Part shown: piece after piece, positions 63,909-64,000 of the stretch
Layout: each line of letters starts with the position of its first letter
Numbering within the stretch: the first letter of the stretch is position 1
DNA from: Moniliella sp. 'wahieum'
Lineage: Eukaryota
DNA: 64,000 nucleotides
Assembly (NCBI GenBank): GCA_003971905.1
Contig: RSEE01000035.1
Span: forward strand, 248,001-312,000
Direction: 5' to 3'
Program-made: the position numbers and the translations under genes
The notes under the pieces: model-generated
The model's database searches: none
Seen by the model: the letters and a program-made list of their open reading frames with translations, nothing else
Told to the model about the DNA's origin: nothing

Positions 63909-64000
63909 CTCTGCGCGCAGCGCCAGAGGTGGTGGCAGAACAGCAACGGCAGCGGTGGGTTTTGTTCCAGCATCGGAACCGGGCAGCGGCCCCGGGGGCG

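Overview
Eukaryotic DNA from a basidiomycete fungus, most plausibly Ustilaginomycotina. Evidence: few short GT..AG introns with CTRAC-type branch points and recognisable fungal gene families. The assembly is indel-rich: even RACK1, TGS1 and an M1 aminopeptidase carry frameshifts, so gene ends are approximate and frameshifts are treated as probable sequencing error. Layout: (1) a Tfb6-like gene at 0.6-2.8 kb. (2) A lower-GC block of decayed retroelements at about 2.9-12.8 kb, holding a CRE/Cnl1-type RLE 3' fragment, two diverged LINE ORF1 copies, and APE and RT relics. (3) A gene-dense GC-rich region: membrane protein, long low-complexity gene, TATA-preceded 59-aa Cys4/His-rich microprotein, WD-like + inositol 5-phosphatase, TGS1, M1 aminopeptidase, F-box-like protein, multi-BRCT Rtt107/Brc1, TRAP-alpha/Irc22-like, MIT-domain protein, RRM protein, RACK1, Nug1, AFG1-like ATPase, CAMKL kinase and a C2H2 factor. 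Most interesting observations: a Nug1 whose G1, G2, G3 and G4 GTPase motifs are all eroded (candidate pseudo-GTPase), the hidden zinc-ribbon microprotein, a recurring intergenic TTGAA(G/C) and 7-bp-period motif grammar, and a RACK1 lacking the usual U24 snoRNA-hosting intron. No CRISPR array, tRNA or rRNA was recognised.
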